Positions 13,209 to 26,280 are shown, numbered from the stretch's first letter. The stretch is DNA of 64,000 nucleotides from Octopus vulgaris (GCA_951406725.2 OX597819.1:20522001-20586000), one strand, 5' to 3'. The notes: generated from the letters alone by a model not told the origin. A program made the numbers and translations.

Positions 13209-15344
13209 TTGTAAGAAAGTATGTATGTATGTATGTACGTATGTATGTATGTATCTATGTATGTATGCATGTATGCATATATGTATAAATGTAAACGCAT
13301 GCAAAGTTTTACCACCAAAGTTTTCTAATGTAACTAAAGTGAGAATTAAACTGAGAAATCTATGCTTCCCTAACGAAATAGCCTTTCCCTACAAGTCATT
13401 AATAGAATCGTATGTACGCCCACCATTATCCACAAATGTACGCTCAAATGTGAATAGAAAGGCTTGAAGAATGCAAGCTCTCTGCTATCTCAGAGCCCAC
13501 TTTGAGTATGTTTTGAAACTTGGAGGCCAGTTCCATTGAAGTGTTGGTAAAGTTACAGCTGAATATTTCTAGCGACCGTTTAGTAGCATGTTTTCTGCGT
13601 TCTACTTTCTTTTGTCGCCGGTCATACATTTAAATAAAAAAAGAAACTCCGAAACATGAATAAAGCACAATACTAAACTCCACTGTTAATGCATTTATGC
13701 ATATTTCTTCTTTACATTCCTGCATTATGTAATCATCTTCTTTCAGTTTCTGGATCCTGGTAAAACAAAAAGCGATATCCAAATAAATCATTGCACATTG
13801 CATTACAAAAAAAAAAAAAAAACCCAGAAAGAAAGAAAGAAAGAATGAAAGAAAATAGACAGGAAAAATTTATAAATTATTCATCCAGAATTTTAAAGAA
13901 AGCTCAAGTATTCAGTTTCATTTGAATTTCTTTCATTGCAATTCCTTTTTGTTTCATTCAGTTGCGAATAATTATCGTCCAAAAACTTTACTTCGTATTA
14001 TCGAACTTTTTTCTGTTTATATTCTGAAAAAGAACGTTGACCAAATGAAAAATAAGCAGCCCGATACGTTGCATGGTTGCATGAAAATATTCGTACTTCA
14101 CAAAACTTGAAAATTTTGAAAATATTATTATAATAATAATGATGACGCTAAGGTTGATCACGATTATAATGATGATGAGGATGATGATGATGACGGTAAT
14201 TATTACTATTTTTTTGTTGTTGTTGTTGTTGTTACTGATGATGTTGTTATTATTGTTCCGATTGTTGTAATCGCTTCTTTTACTAATTTGCACATTAGTA
14301 ATCAGTGCTTTTTCAAACATACAAAAGAGAAATTCGAGCCTAAAAGGAAAAATTATAAAGGAAAAATTATAAAATGATACGGAGTTATGTTAAAAAAATA
14401 TTGAGACAAATGTTAACCGATTTGTAATGTTCAGTGCCTAAGACGAGGAAAAACGGAAATGTTTTCAAACAAAAAATAAAAAGAAAACGTTATTTAAAAT
14501 GATGGCCCTTAAAATGAAAAGAATCGTTTTAGATTTGGTTTGGTTCATTTTATATATCTACGTAGTTGCAACTAGCTTTTTCTTTGCCTTATTTTATTAA
14601 GGATTTATATCAATTATTTTTCGTACGTAACAACAACCCGTATCTTCGGTTATTTTTGTCCGTATACATTGCGTTATTTTTCCCCGTTAAATTTCTCTGT
14701 ACGTTGCGATGTTTCAAAAAGTTGTGTTCTTTCAACTAAATCCTTGGAAGAATTAAAGCAAGAAAAACAGGGAAGAAGTGTAATAGATAAGATATACAAA
14801 AAAACAAGATGCAAGTGGAATCGCATTTCTTATAACGTTTCACTGAATTTTAAATGATATTTTATTAGAAATCGAAATGGAAGTACAGAAAAAGATCGCG
14901 GAAGCAAATATAGCACATCTGAGCAGGCATAGAACAAACTTACACAGACACACAGGTTTACACACCATACATGTTACCTTCCATAACTTTTAGATAGTTC
15001 ACTTATTGGGCTGCTGTCAAACTGGGGCACAGATTGCTTAGTCGAGTTACTCCGGTCACCTATAATGAATCTCGTACTGATATCGTCACTGTTTTCAAAC
15101 CACGAAGATGCAGGGGCGTAAAGAAACAAAAGCCGACTGGAAGTCTTCGAGGGTTGGAAAAAGCATAAATATAAAGCCATGTGCACACATGCACCTATGC
15201 ACACATACACCTATGCACACACAGATATTTGGAGTAAATATTCAAATGAATAATTATGTAGATAATTTTATCGTTATTATCAACGTTAAATTTAAATAAT
15301 TGATAATGACAACAAAAGCATTGGTGATAGCAATTAGTAACCTT

Positions 15345-15530
15345 TTCTACTCTAGGCACAAGGCCCGACATTTGCGATAAGTGGGCCAGTCAATTAGATC
15401 AACTCCAGTACGCAGCTGGTATTTAATTTACCGACCATGAAAATATGAAAGGCAAAGTCGACATCGGCAGAATTTGAACTCAGAATTCAGAACATAAAGT
15501 CTGATGAAATACGGTAAGCACTTCGCCCGC
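15345..15530 (-). mobile_element. Nin-domain-like SINE
   Basis: Reverse complement of TTCTGAGTTCAAATTCTGCCGATGTCGACTTTGCCTTTCAT, as in 54307-54541. Confidence 0.7.
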
Positions 15531-15754
15531 AGTAGCAAGTAATAGTAGCACTAAATAGACAGATAATAAAATTTATAATTATAATTAATTATAATTACAA
15601 TAGAGGTTATACGAGGCGCCTACTTCATGATTTTCATAAACCTTACTCACTTGCCCGATTTCTGTTGATCTGTTATGTGTTCAAGTTTACTCTATCAATA
15701 AAAATATTCAGTTCAATATTAACTCATTACATTTATATTACGCATTAAAGCCTT

Positions 15755-15890
15755 CCACAGACACGTGTAGATCTGAGAGGGATCCAGCGTGACACAAGGC
15801 TGGCCCTTTGAAATACAGGTACTGGAGCCACGGGGAATAAAATGTCTAGCTCAAGGACAAACGCGTCGACGTGAATTAAACTCACGACCT
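15755..15890 (-). mobile_element. Deleted SINE (head B + tail Y)
   Basis: TCCACAGACACGTGTA...CAAGGCTGGCCCTTTGAAATACAGGTAC matches tail Y. Confidence 0.6.
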
Positions 15891-16010
15891 TTAGATATAT
15901 ATACATGGATTTGTTTCGGGACGGTCATCTTTTTGTTTGACTAATAAAAACACGCACTATATATTTTTGCTTCACTCGTTTATTACTGTTCTTCTAAGAT
16001 GAATATTCCT

Positions 16011-16063
<53 letters not shown>

Positions 16064-16100
16064 TGTACATATCACATATATATATATACATATGTGTATA

Positions 16101-16193
<93 letters not shown>

Positions 16194-16969
16194 ATGTATG
16201 TATGTTTGTATGTATGCATGTATGAACATAGTTAGTGAGATTCACTCTGAGAAATTGTAATATATCTGACATTGTCGAGAAGACTTAGACCTTCCTTCCT
16301 CAGAACCATTAAATAGGTGCTTTAGACAACACTATATTAATCATATATTTTCTTATCATCAACGTTATCCTACGTTATCATTGTCGTTGTCGTCATCCTC
16401 ATCATAATCATCATCAGCATTGACAGTGTCATCGTCTTATACATCGTGGCTATGAGTATATTTCATTGTTAACATTCACAGTACTGTTGCTCTTTAATTT
16501 GCATATATTTTGTTATTCTTCTTGCTATCGTTGATGATGTTGCTTTTGTCATATGTACAAAAGCAATTATAAGATAAATAGCAGTAATGATAAGGAGAAC
16601 AATGATAACAATTATTAATATTATTCTTTCATTAATGCTATTATTACTATTGTTGTTGTTGATGGTGGAGGTGGTGGTGGTGGTGTTAGCGGTGGTAGCG
16701 TTGGTAGTGGTGGTGTTGGTCATGTGTTATTGTCTTATGATTCATTTTAATTTATATATATTGCACCTAAGTCTCAACCACAGACGTCAAGACACAACAA
16801 TGTATTTACGTCTGAAGATGCTCAGCTCTTTCATGTTGTTGTTGTTGTTGTTGCTCTTCTTCTTCTTCTTCTTTTTCTACTATTTCTTCTTTTCCTTCTG
16901 GTTCCCCTTCACCTTCATCTTCATATTATTATTATTATTATTACTTTTTTTTTTCTTCTTTCAAATTTT

Positions 16970-17482
16970 CTTCCATTTCTTGCCGAGTGTCTTCCCGACT
17001 CCTGGGGCAAAGAAACTCATAGTGTATATTGGTAGGCCATTATACCAAACTCAGTAGTTCGTTCATTTTTTTTTTTTTTTTTTTTAAGTTAAATTAAAAT
17101 GCATGAGCAGCAACAGTTCTCACATCGACAATGCTCTTCTCAATACGTGTGATGTACCAGTTAAGACAATCTTTTGCACTTCTTGCAGGGATGGTAAGCC
17201 AGGGATCATTCTCATATAATTTTCGGTTCCCTTCTTGATCATTCCTAGTGCTCCTACGATCACTGGTATTGTAACCGCCTTGAGATGCCACATTTTCTCA
17301 ATTTCAATGAGTAGGTTTTTATATTTTCTGAGCTTGTCAAACTCTTTCGCTGAGATATTATGATCACAGGGGATGCTGATGACGATCAATAAGCAAACAT
17401 TTTTTTTTTTGGTTTTTTTTTTTTTTTGTCTTTCACAACAATATCTGGTTTATTGGCCTTGATGTATTTGGTCTGTATGTAC
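16970..17482 (-). pseudogene. R4/Dong-type LINE restriction-like endonuclease C-terminus + 3'UTR
   Basis: KANKPDIVVKD..ISIPCDHNISAKEFDKLRKYKNLLIEIEKMW..IPVIVGALG..QKIVLTGTSHVLRRALSM*. Flanked by (TAA)n. Confidence 0.85.
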
Positions 17483-17582
17483 TGTATTATTATTATAATT
17501 ATTATTATTATTATGCGGTGCCCCAGCATGGCCACAGCTGGTGAGCTGAAACTAGATAAAATAAAATAAAAAAAAGTATTAC

Positions 17583-17684
<102 letters not shown>

Positions 17685-17884
17685 CATTATTATTATTATT
17701 TCTTCTGTTATTGTATACTTTTCATATCCATGTTTTTTTATAATCGCGTGCCGAGACACATCCAGCGTCCTCGAGCGAATGAAGGATAAGAGATATTACA
17801 GTCTGACTGAAAGCTTGTGGAGGGGGAAGCGGCACGGGCAGTTGCGAAATATCATGTAATAAAATATTATGATTATCATTATTA

Positions 17885-18345
17885 TTGAGTAAGAGAACAA
17901 CACATAACATTAAAGTAACACTATGGTATACGAAGCCGAATAGACCCATCATGACATTCCATCTGATAAAAGTACACCAGGGACATGCATCATAACCATA
18001 TGTGCGCGGCATAGGGATTTTATATAAAAATAAACAGTGAATCACTATGCAGGTTGAGCCCAATTAGAACTTTCCCCAAGTAGTGTTGCTCGTTCAATGA
18101 AAAGTTCCCTGAATGTTTGTTTAAGGATGATGAACAAGACACCCTTGTTTCCAATCATAAATTACTGAAAACAAAGAATTCCTCTCAGCACATGGCTACG
18201 ATAAACTACCATCACCACGACCGCTACTTCTCCTCGTGGTCAGAGATGCATTTAACATCAGTTACTAAAGGATATGCTCAAGTGGTTAAGGTAAAGCAAA
18301 TGACAAACAAATGTGGTATCGACCAGAATATTCTACACTTTTATA
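17885..18345. repeat. Longer copy of the (TAA)n-adjacent repeat
   Basis: Homologous to 11820-12010. Confidence 0.55.
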
Positions 18346-20349
18346 AGTAGATATGGATGTGAGCTTTGCTCCATGGAGATATAGGAAATTTTGAAACAGA
18401 GGGATAATGTAAATTTATTAAATAGCCTTTTTGAACTAGGAGTATCGAGTATACATTGTACTACCCGTACCTTTAAATATTTTTTTAAATAGCATTCTGT
18501 TATTTCTGAATTTTAGATCTTAATGTTTTCTTAAAATCAATAAGGAAATAGCATAAACTGCAATATTTTTTTATTTAATAAGCACAAGGTATTAAAAAAT
18601 CTAATAACATAGACAAATTGAATAAAGTTGAATATTTTATTTTTAGTTTCTAAAATTATTACATAAATTCTAGATATCTAATGATGTTATTAAGTTGTAT
18701 ACTTACTCCACAATAAGTTTTAAAGATTTGGTAATTTTCACATCTATATCTACGAGAATTCTACTCCACCTAATCCTTTTCGATATTATATATATTACCT
18801 TTATATAAGCCCAAATTATTACACCCCATATAACAATAAATATAGAATTTCCAAAAGAATAATTCTATTTCTCTATATTTTAATTTGTAAAAATTACATT
18901 TTTGGTTACTCCCTTCCATTGTATTTTAAAGATTTTGGTATGCGAGTCAATTAATGCCTTATTTACGGGGAATCTCCCCTTAAAAAGTTCTTCTAAATGT
19001 CCTTAATTAATATTTAAAACCTGATAAAAATAGATATTATTATCTAAGTTACATGGTTTCAATTTCCCTAAAACAGCTCTAGCTTCATGATCCATGTATG
19101 TATTAGAAAGCTTTATGATAATAAATTATAAATAATTAAATAACATTGTGTAAGTACCAATTAATAATTATAAATTATCATATAAGGATTAAGAATAGCA
19201 TTTTCTTAAAGCTATAATAAAAACCATAAGTTTATAAAAGTTTTGTTAATGATATAATTTTGCTCAATAACTTGATCATCTCTATACCCGACATTAAACA
19301 CTAGTCATTTATAGATATTCTCATGGTAAGTAAATATAAATTTTAGTCTAAAAATTGTAGAATTATAAAAAAATTTCTTCTAACAATTTACTTTACCTAT
19401 CAATATAAATAAGCAAGGTATATTTTAAAAGTTTTTAGAACACAAATCTGTTCTACCCCTTGTCTATAACAGTGTACAAAGATTTATATTGACTTTTCAT
19501 TATATTCCTTTTCATATCTTTACTTGAAGTTTAAACCAATTTTCTTATTTATTTACTCACTATATCATTTTAGTTATAATATATTTCTATAAGTTTCATA
19601 CTTAATCAATATAAAACTATACTGGTATATTTCACTATATATTTTATAATACAAAGAAATATTCTCTAAAATTATTAGCATCTAAAAAATATATATAAAT
19701 TTTTAACGTATTCCTTTAATTTAACTTATTAATACCAAAAATTACTATTTAATAATTAACTATAAATATATGTTAAGTTAGTATAGAAATATATAAATAT
19801 GGAATTATTTCTATATTCACCATCCCTCTATTATGTAAAATACAGAAACATTATTCTAATTTTGTGTGTGTGTGTGAAATCAATTCTCTAAAATGTACCT
19901 ATGTATATAAAAATAACACTGGGTTTATGGTTGTTAAATACTTAAGAATTATAGGTTTTACTCTCCCTACCCCATCAGCTTTAGCCTGCAAATTTTGGGG
20001 GAAATATATTCGTACTGAACCAAATGGTTTTACTTCAAACAAATCTTGATTTATGACTCTGCCACTTAAACTGTCTTTTTACTCTATCCATAAAAAGATA
20101 GATTCTAGTTTCTATTAGATTTGATAAACTAGTCTATAAATTAGAACTAACCCCACCCCATTAGTAAATCTGAATAAGAAAATAAAATCAATGATAAGCA
20201 GTGTCTTCCTGTGAAGAAACATCAGTTACAACTATGATGTTGTTGACGAAACATGTTCTTTGTCTATCTACTTATCCTCTTTGTGATTTTGGATAATAGA
20301 AAAACTATACAAACGAATCTTTCAAATTTAACTAAATTCTATATTCCTA

Positions 20350-20436
20350 TGCAGCTGAAGATTGCTCTACATTTTAAATTGATGTAATATTTGCATTTTT
20401 CAATTATATGGAGTCGCATGAAACGATCGTACTGCA
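20350..20436 (+). ncRNA. Type I hammerhead ribozyme motif with canonical CUGAAGA core and long stem II
   Basis: UGCAG-CUGAAGA-(UUGC...~50 nt...GCAU)-GAAA-CGAUCG-UA-CUGCA: perfect 5-bp stem I, palindromic ACGAUCGU, GUA site. The stem II closing pair is U-U. Confidence 0.8.
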
Positions 20437-20598
20437 CTACCTCTGGATATCCTTGTTGCTTATTTTGATTATAATCACCCCATTTTGAATTATATGGATA
20501 ATACCATGTTAAATTCTAGTGACATTAACTTAAGTACCATATTTAACTGAATCTAAATTTTATTGAACTTATATATATAAATATATATAAATATAAAT

Positions 20599-20665
<67 letters not shown>

Positions 20666-20724
20666 TGGAGAGAGTGTGGGAGAGGTCGATATACATATAG
20701 TTCAAATTTACAGTAAAACAAAAG

Positions 20725-21113
20725 ACGAATTAGCAGTCAGAATTTAAGGAATTAGCTCTTAGCATTACTGTAAAAAATAATCTTCTCTATGCTTATATTC
20801 TAAGAGACTATATATGTTTTATTAGACTATACTACAAATGCCTGAGGTGTTAGAAGACATACGAATTAACTACCTTGTTATCAACGTTTGTAAAAGTGCA
20901 TACGAGACGTTGTTTTCGGGGGAACCATCATTTTATTATAAATAAGTGGTCATATTCTTGTTTTCTCCGAATTGATGACACATGTGAAAAACACTTAGAG
21001 TAGAAATGTGCCTTGGAAATTTCTTAATTTCATAGATTGCCATTTTCAGTCGGGTTCAAAATATAGGAAGATATTAAATAGAAAATCAGTTAAGGTCATT
21101 TATTCAGCTGGAA
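20725..21113 (+). repeat. 389-bp direct repeat, copy 1
   Basis: Apparently identical to 21403-21791 (offset 678). Confidence 0.95.
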
Positions 21114-21157
21114 CAACAAACAGGTGTATTAGTTTGACGTCGGGAAAATAGAAATGT

Positions 21158-21195
21158 CCTTTTACGTTTCGAGCCTACGCTCTTTCACAGAAAGG
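21158..21195 (-). ncRNA. Minimal hammerhead-like motif, family A variant
   Basis: CCUUU-CUGUGAAA-GAG cguagg CUC-GAAA-CG-UA-AAAGG, with a perfect 5-bp stem I. Confidence 0.6.
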
Positions 21196-21402
21196 AATAA
21201 GACGAAAAAACGGCGAGAGGGAAAACAAACTCTGTAGTGTTTAGCGGTCGACTTATTTCGTTAGGAATATTTGATGGTGCTGATTGAATTTTATATGTGA
21301 TGAGGCTCATTGAATTGAAATCATGATGATTGGAGATTTATTTGGAAAATATTTCCCTGAATTGTTTAGTAGATTATATCGTGATGACGACATGACACAC
21401 TA

Positions 21403-21791
21403 ACGAATTAGCAGTCAGAATTTAAGGAATTAGCTCTTAGCATTACTGTAAAAAATAATCTTCTCTATGCTTATATTCTAAGAGACTATATATGTTTTAT
21501 TAGACTATACTACAAATGCCTGAGGTGTTAGAAGACATACGAATTAACTACCTTGTTATCAACGTTTGTAAAAGTGCATACGAGACGTTGTTTTCGGGGG
21601 AACCATCATTTTATTATAAATAAGTGGTCATATTCTTGTTTTCTCCGAATTGATGACACATGTGAAAAACACTTAGAGTAGAAATGTGCCTTGGAAATTT
21701 CTTAATTTCATAGATTGCCATTTTCAGTCGGGTTCAAAATATAGGAAGATATTAAATAGAAAATCAGTTAAGGTCATTTATTCAGCTGGAA
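21403..21791 (+). repeat. 389-bp direct repeat, copy 2
   Basis: See 20725-21113. Confidence 0.95.
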
Positions 21792-22266
21792 AATATTTCG
21801 ATTCTACTATGGGAGGTTACAATGCTGCAGAACGGAATAGGACTGAAGTACAGATCAACACAAACCATAGCAATGCACAATGTTTGAGAATGGATCACTA
21901 TAAGATTACAATTACGCAAAGTCGATTTATAGAGCTGTAAAATAGAGAAAAAACAAAGAAAGGCAAATAAATTGACCGCGGAAAACCTACTTTAGAAGCT
22001 CTTTCCTTTATTTGTATGTCCTGGTAAAAATAGGGCACAGCATTCTCAAAATGTATATGGTTCATACGTATATATAAATTGTTCCTGATTTATTTTGTAA
22101 AGCAGCATCTGTTAACTTTTACTTTGATGTTTTTGCCATGTTATTTATATAAAATACATAGTGGCTAAAAACAAAGAAGTTCTGAAGAGGTCTGCTGTCG
22201 AAAAATAAGGAAATTCAAGAAACTCTGTAGGTAATTCCTCCTTGATATCATTCGTAAACTATCTTA

Positions 22267-22341
<75 letters not shown>

Positions 22342-23663
22342 TGATGCTCTAGAATTCCATCTTCATATTTTAATCTATTTCATGTATGCATGTGTGCGTG
22401 TACGTGTGCCTCGCATGGGCCTATCTATGTGAGTACCAGTGCGTGTAGGTATGTTTCAGTGTGTGATTCCTCATGTGTCTATAATTGTGTACTGCGTAAA
22501 TGTATGCGATGGTGTTGAAGAGGAAGACTAACATCGATTTAATGTTGAAGATTATATTATCATCCGATGAAGAGTGTGTCCTCATACTTTATTTATTTGA
22601 ATTCTAACACATATATCTTCCCCCAAGAGAATCCATTTTTGTGCTTAAAATTGGATTTGAATATTCTTCGATGGAAAGCATTGGGTGCGCCAGAAATGAA
22701 TTTATTATTTTATTCATAAAGGTTATGCCATGTCAAGCGATGGTATACAACAAGCATGGAAATAGTCCGAATTACATATCTGGGCATTTCACGTGTAAAT
22801 CAAATTACAGAAATCAATCCAAACATGTATTGCTGGCAATGGAATTAAAATTTCATCAAATCATTAAAAATATTTAACAATAAAAATGTTACAAGCTGAG
22901 TGAAAATATAGGAAAGGAGTAATTGATTTAGCAAAAATTTCCTCAACGAAAAGTATGCAGATATCGTATACTGGAAGCAATGTTTCACATATATACATAA
23001 ACATACACAAATATTTCACGCAATACATACATACTGCGTCTATAGGTAAAACAACTTTCTCGTATATATGTCTGACTGTTTGTCTATATTTATGTATAAT
23101 ATGGTTGTTTTCTAACAATTTTTTCGTACGATTAACAATACAACGCATCTTCGTTCATGTGCGCTACTCCTTATCCGCATTAAAACTGAGGCAGATGTTG
23201 TGTTCTGCTCCAAACCACTCGACAATTCAAGCGTTTTGATTCATTTACGCTTTCCACTTATTTTCTTTAATACTGTATTCGTAATTATCGCAGTTATTCT
23301 GCCCCACATATCTATTTGCCGCTACTTCGTATATATTCCTTTATAGAAGTGAATGTACGAATGCCCCATACGATAGAAGCCTGATATTTTCACTATGATA
23401 TTCAAAATTTCACACAGTAGAATGTTGGTAAGCATGAACGTGGATTTTGCCAAAGTTTGGTTTTGTTTATATTTTTTTTCCGGAAAGTCAAACAAAGAAT
23501 ACGATTTACCGAAGTAACTGAAATGACCTTCAAAATGGTTTCCTAAAGGAAGTTATGTATTGGAGTGTTTGCACGTGATGCACCGTTTTATAAGCTCAAC
23601 TTGTAGCGGATGTAACATTCACTCACACACACACACGCACTTATATATATATATTTTTTTAAA

Positions 23664-23861
23664 TTTTTACTTGTTTCCGTCATTTGACTGCGGCCATGCT
23701 GGAGCAACGCCTTTAGTCGAGCAACTCGAACCCGGGACTTTTTCTTTGTAAGCCCAGTACTTATTCTATCGGTCTCTTTTGTCGAACAGCTAAGTAACGG
23801 GAACGTAAACACACCAGCATCGGCTGTCAAGCAATGCTATGGAGACAAACACAGACACACA

Positions 23862-23907
<46 letters not shown>

Positions 23908-24077
23908 TACATATATACGACAGGCTCCTCTCAGTTTCCGTCTACCAAATCCACTCACAAGGCATTGGTCGGCTCGGAGCAATAGCAGAAGACACTTGCC
24001 CAAGATGGCACGCAGTGGGACTGAACTTGGAACCATGTGGTTGGTTAGCAAGCTACTTACCACACAGCCACTCCTGC
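23664..24077 (-). mobile_element. Full-length tRNA-derived SINE family D with internal (AT)n
   Basis: Head GGAGTGGCTGTGTGGTAAG...GTTCAGTCCC, internal (TA)n/(TG)n, tail CTCCAGCATGGCCGCAGTCAAATGACGGAAACAAGTAAAA. Confidence 0.85.
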
Positions 24078-24400
24078 ACCAATATAATCATATTATTTGC
24101 AAAACTTTATAGCGAAATAAGTTTGGACGATATGATAGGGACTTGAAATTTAAAATTTCAGACACAGATTATTATGTCTTCAATAAATGAGTAAATACGA
24201 TACAACGATCCGAGTGTAGGATGTTAGTAAGCTTCAAACAGTGAGTGACAAATATGCAGAACGTAAAGTGGACGGTGTAACATGAAAATAATGATATATT
24301 GGCACCAAGTGTAACACTTCTGTAGTTGGGATTTTTATCAGCTACACTCTTTCAGTTTTGTATGTGTAGACACACACGTGTATATGTATATATATATACA

Positions 24401-24454
<54 letters not shown>

Positions 24455-24750
24455 CATATTGTGCTCCAACATGGCCGTGGCCAAATGACTGAAACAGGTA
24501 CAAGAAAATAAGGATAAAACAATAAAGGAATATATATATGTATGTGTGTATACACACACACATACACGCACACACACACAAACACACATACGTATACACA
24601 CACACATATATAAATATATATAACGGGAAGCTTTATGTAAATAGACAAAAGACGAAGGCAGGTTTACGGAAATAAACAAAAGACGAAGACAGGTGGAATA
24701 CAAACAAACAATTGTATAATATGGCGCTCAGGAAATATAAATAAAACAAG

Positions 24751-24788
24751 TCTTTAACGTTTCGAGCCTACGCTCTCCAACAGTAAGA
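24751..24788 (-). ncRNA. Minimal hammerhead-like motif, family A
   Basis: UCUUA-CUGUUGGA-GAG cguagg CUC-GAAA-CG-UU-AAAGA. Confidence 0.5.
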
Positions 24789-25089
24789 TACATAGAGAAA
24801 AAAAACACAGAAAGAAGGAGATAAAAAAATATGCGTCCAGAGGCTAGCGAATCAACATGGCGTTCTGATTTCGGCCAGAAGTCAACGATCAAACGTGAGA
24901 CGCAAGAGCGAAATTAGGGGAGATAATAGGGTTAAATGACCTCGCTCCAACATAAGAGTGTGTGTGTGTGTATGAGAAGAGTGTGTGTGTGTGTGTGTGA
25001 GAGAGAGAGTATTAGTGCGTATGAGAGGTCTGGACGTGTGTATGTATGTATGATGTGATGTGTAAAGTCGTATGGTGTAGTGTAGAGAG

Positions 25090-25562
25090 AGGAGATGAGG
25101 GAAGAGGGGGTAGGTATGGGGGGTAGAGGGGAGGGGATGGTGAGGGGGGAAGAAAGGGGAGAAGAGGGGATAAGGAAAGGGGAGAAGAGGAGGGGGGAGG
25201 GGGAGAAGGAAGGAGAGGAGAAGAGGAGGGGAGAGGAGGGGAGAGAAGGAGACAGAAGGGGGAGAAGGAAGGAGAGGAGAAGAGGAGGGGAGAGGAGGGG
25301 AGAGGAGGGGAGAGGAGGGGAGAGGAGGGGAGAGGAGGGGAGAGATGGGGAGAGAAGGGGGAGAAGGAAGGAGAGGAGAAGAGGAGGGATGAGAGAGGGA
25401 GAGGGGGAGAGAGAGAGAAGGGGAAGAGATAAGTAGGAGGGAGGGAGAAAGAGGGAAGAAGGGAAGAGGAGTAGGGGTGAAAGGATGAAGAACTGAAGAG
25501 AAGTAGGGGTCGAGGGGGAGGTTAGATGAGGAGGGGGTAGAGGGGGTTAGATGAGGAGGGGG
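25090..25562. repeat. G/A-rich low-complexity tract with (GGAGAGGAGG)n units inside the PLE 3' region
   Basis: Almost purely purine on the + strand. Confidence 0.9.
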
Positions 25563-25569
25563 AAAGTTG

Positions 25570-26278
25570 AAGTTGAGACCAAATGGCGTATAAGAGCGAA
25601 GAGAGAAGAGGAATATTAGAGCGAACAGGAATATTAATTCCTGTTCACGGCGCAAACGGGAATCCGGATGGCCTCTGTGTAAGGACAAACCGAACACAGA
25701 CAGGTGTTGCAAGGAGTGACCGGTGGAGCGGAAATGGCGTGAGACCGGTGTGTCGTTCGCAAGGCGGATGTCACGAAGGTGTTCCGCGAACCGGTCAGCC
25801 AAGGGGCGTCCCGTTTGTCCGATGTACAGGGAATGGCAGAGAGAGCAAGAGACGCAATAGATAATATTGCTGGAGGTGCAGGTGAAGGAGTTGATGATGC
25901 AATAGGGTCGATGATGGGTGCCAGTGAGGAGGGTGGTGTTGGAGAGGTAAGGGCAAGTGCTGCAACGTGGGCGGGAGCAGGGTAACGACCCAGGTTGGGA
26001 GGTAGAGTCAAGGAAGGAGCTATGGACCAAAAGGTCTCGAAGGTTATGGGATCATTTGAAAGAGGGGAGGGGTCGGTTAGGGAAGAGGTGTGAAGTGGAC
26101 GGGTCGGACTGAAGATGACGGAAAGCTCGAAGAATGGTGCGTTGGAGAGGTAGGGTCGTGGGGTGGTAAGTGAGGGGAAAAGGGAGGTGGGAGACTACAG
26201 GGCGGGTTCGAGGAGAGAGAGCCGATACACGGTCCACGGAACGTGCTCTGGAAAGGGCGGTGTGGATAGTGGTGAGGG

Positions 26279-26280
<2 letters not shown>
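25570..26280 (-). pseudogene. PLE linker + GIY-YIG endonuclease (stop at 26052-26054)
   Basis: PFPLTYHP, NLRDLLVHS, CSRPRCSTC, FTCTSSNIIYCVSCSLCHSLYIGQTGRPLADRFAEHLRDI..PVSRHF..REQELIF. Confidence 0.92.

Larger units (their letters stand above)
20700..21252 (-). mobile_element. Family A-related pLTR interrupted by a 389-bp insertion
   Basis: AAAACAAAAGACGAA | insert | CAACAAACAGGTGTATTAGTTTGACG...CGTTTCGAGCCTACGCTCT is collinear with 24670-24790. Confidence 0.7.
24625..26280 (-). mobile_element. 5'-truncated Penelope-like element (family A, Neptune-type) between microsatellites
   Basis: RT C-terminus/GIY-YIG coding part, a polypurine/polypyrimidine tract, then a pLTR with an HHR motif. (AT)n at 26281. 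Confidence 0.88.

Noticed and set aside
14978-15146. Minus-strand exon-like segment with a GAAG|GTAACA donor
   Set aside because: Weak acceptor, no recognisable protein, and no partner exons that can be linked.
15910-15940. GATGA..CGAAAC on the minus strand as an HHR
   Set aside because: No CUG, no stem III/NUH and no stem I pairing.
16587-17057. 156-aa hydrophobic ORF
   Set aside because: Built from trinucleotide repeats (TTG, GTG, TTC, TTA).
24882-25570. Pro/Ser/Leu-rich C-terminal half of the 382-aa ORF and opposite-strand Arg/Gly/Glu ORFs
   Set aside because: Read-through into the polypyrimidine tract. Only the GIY-YIG part is real.
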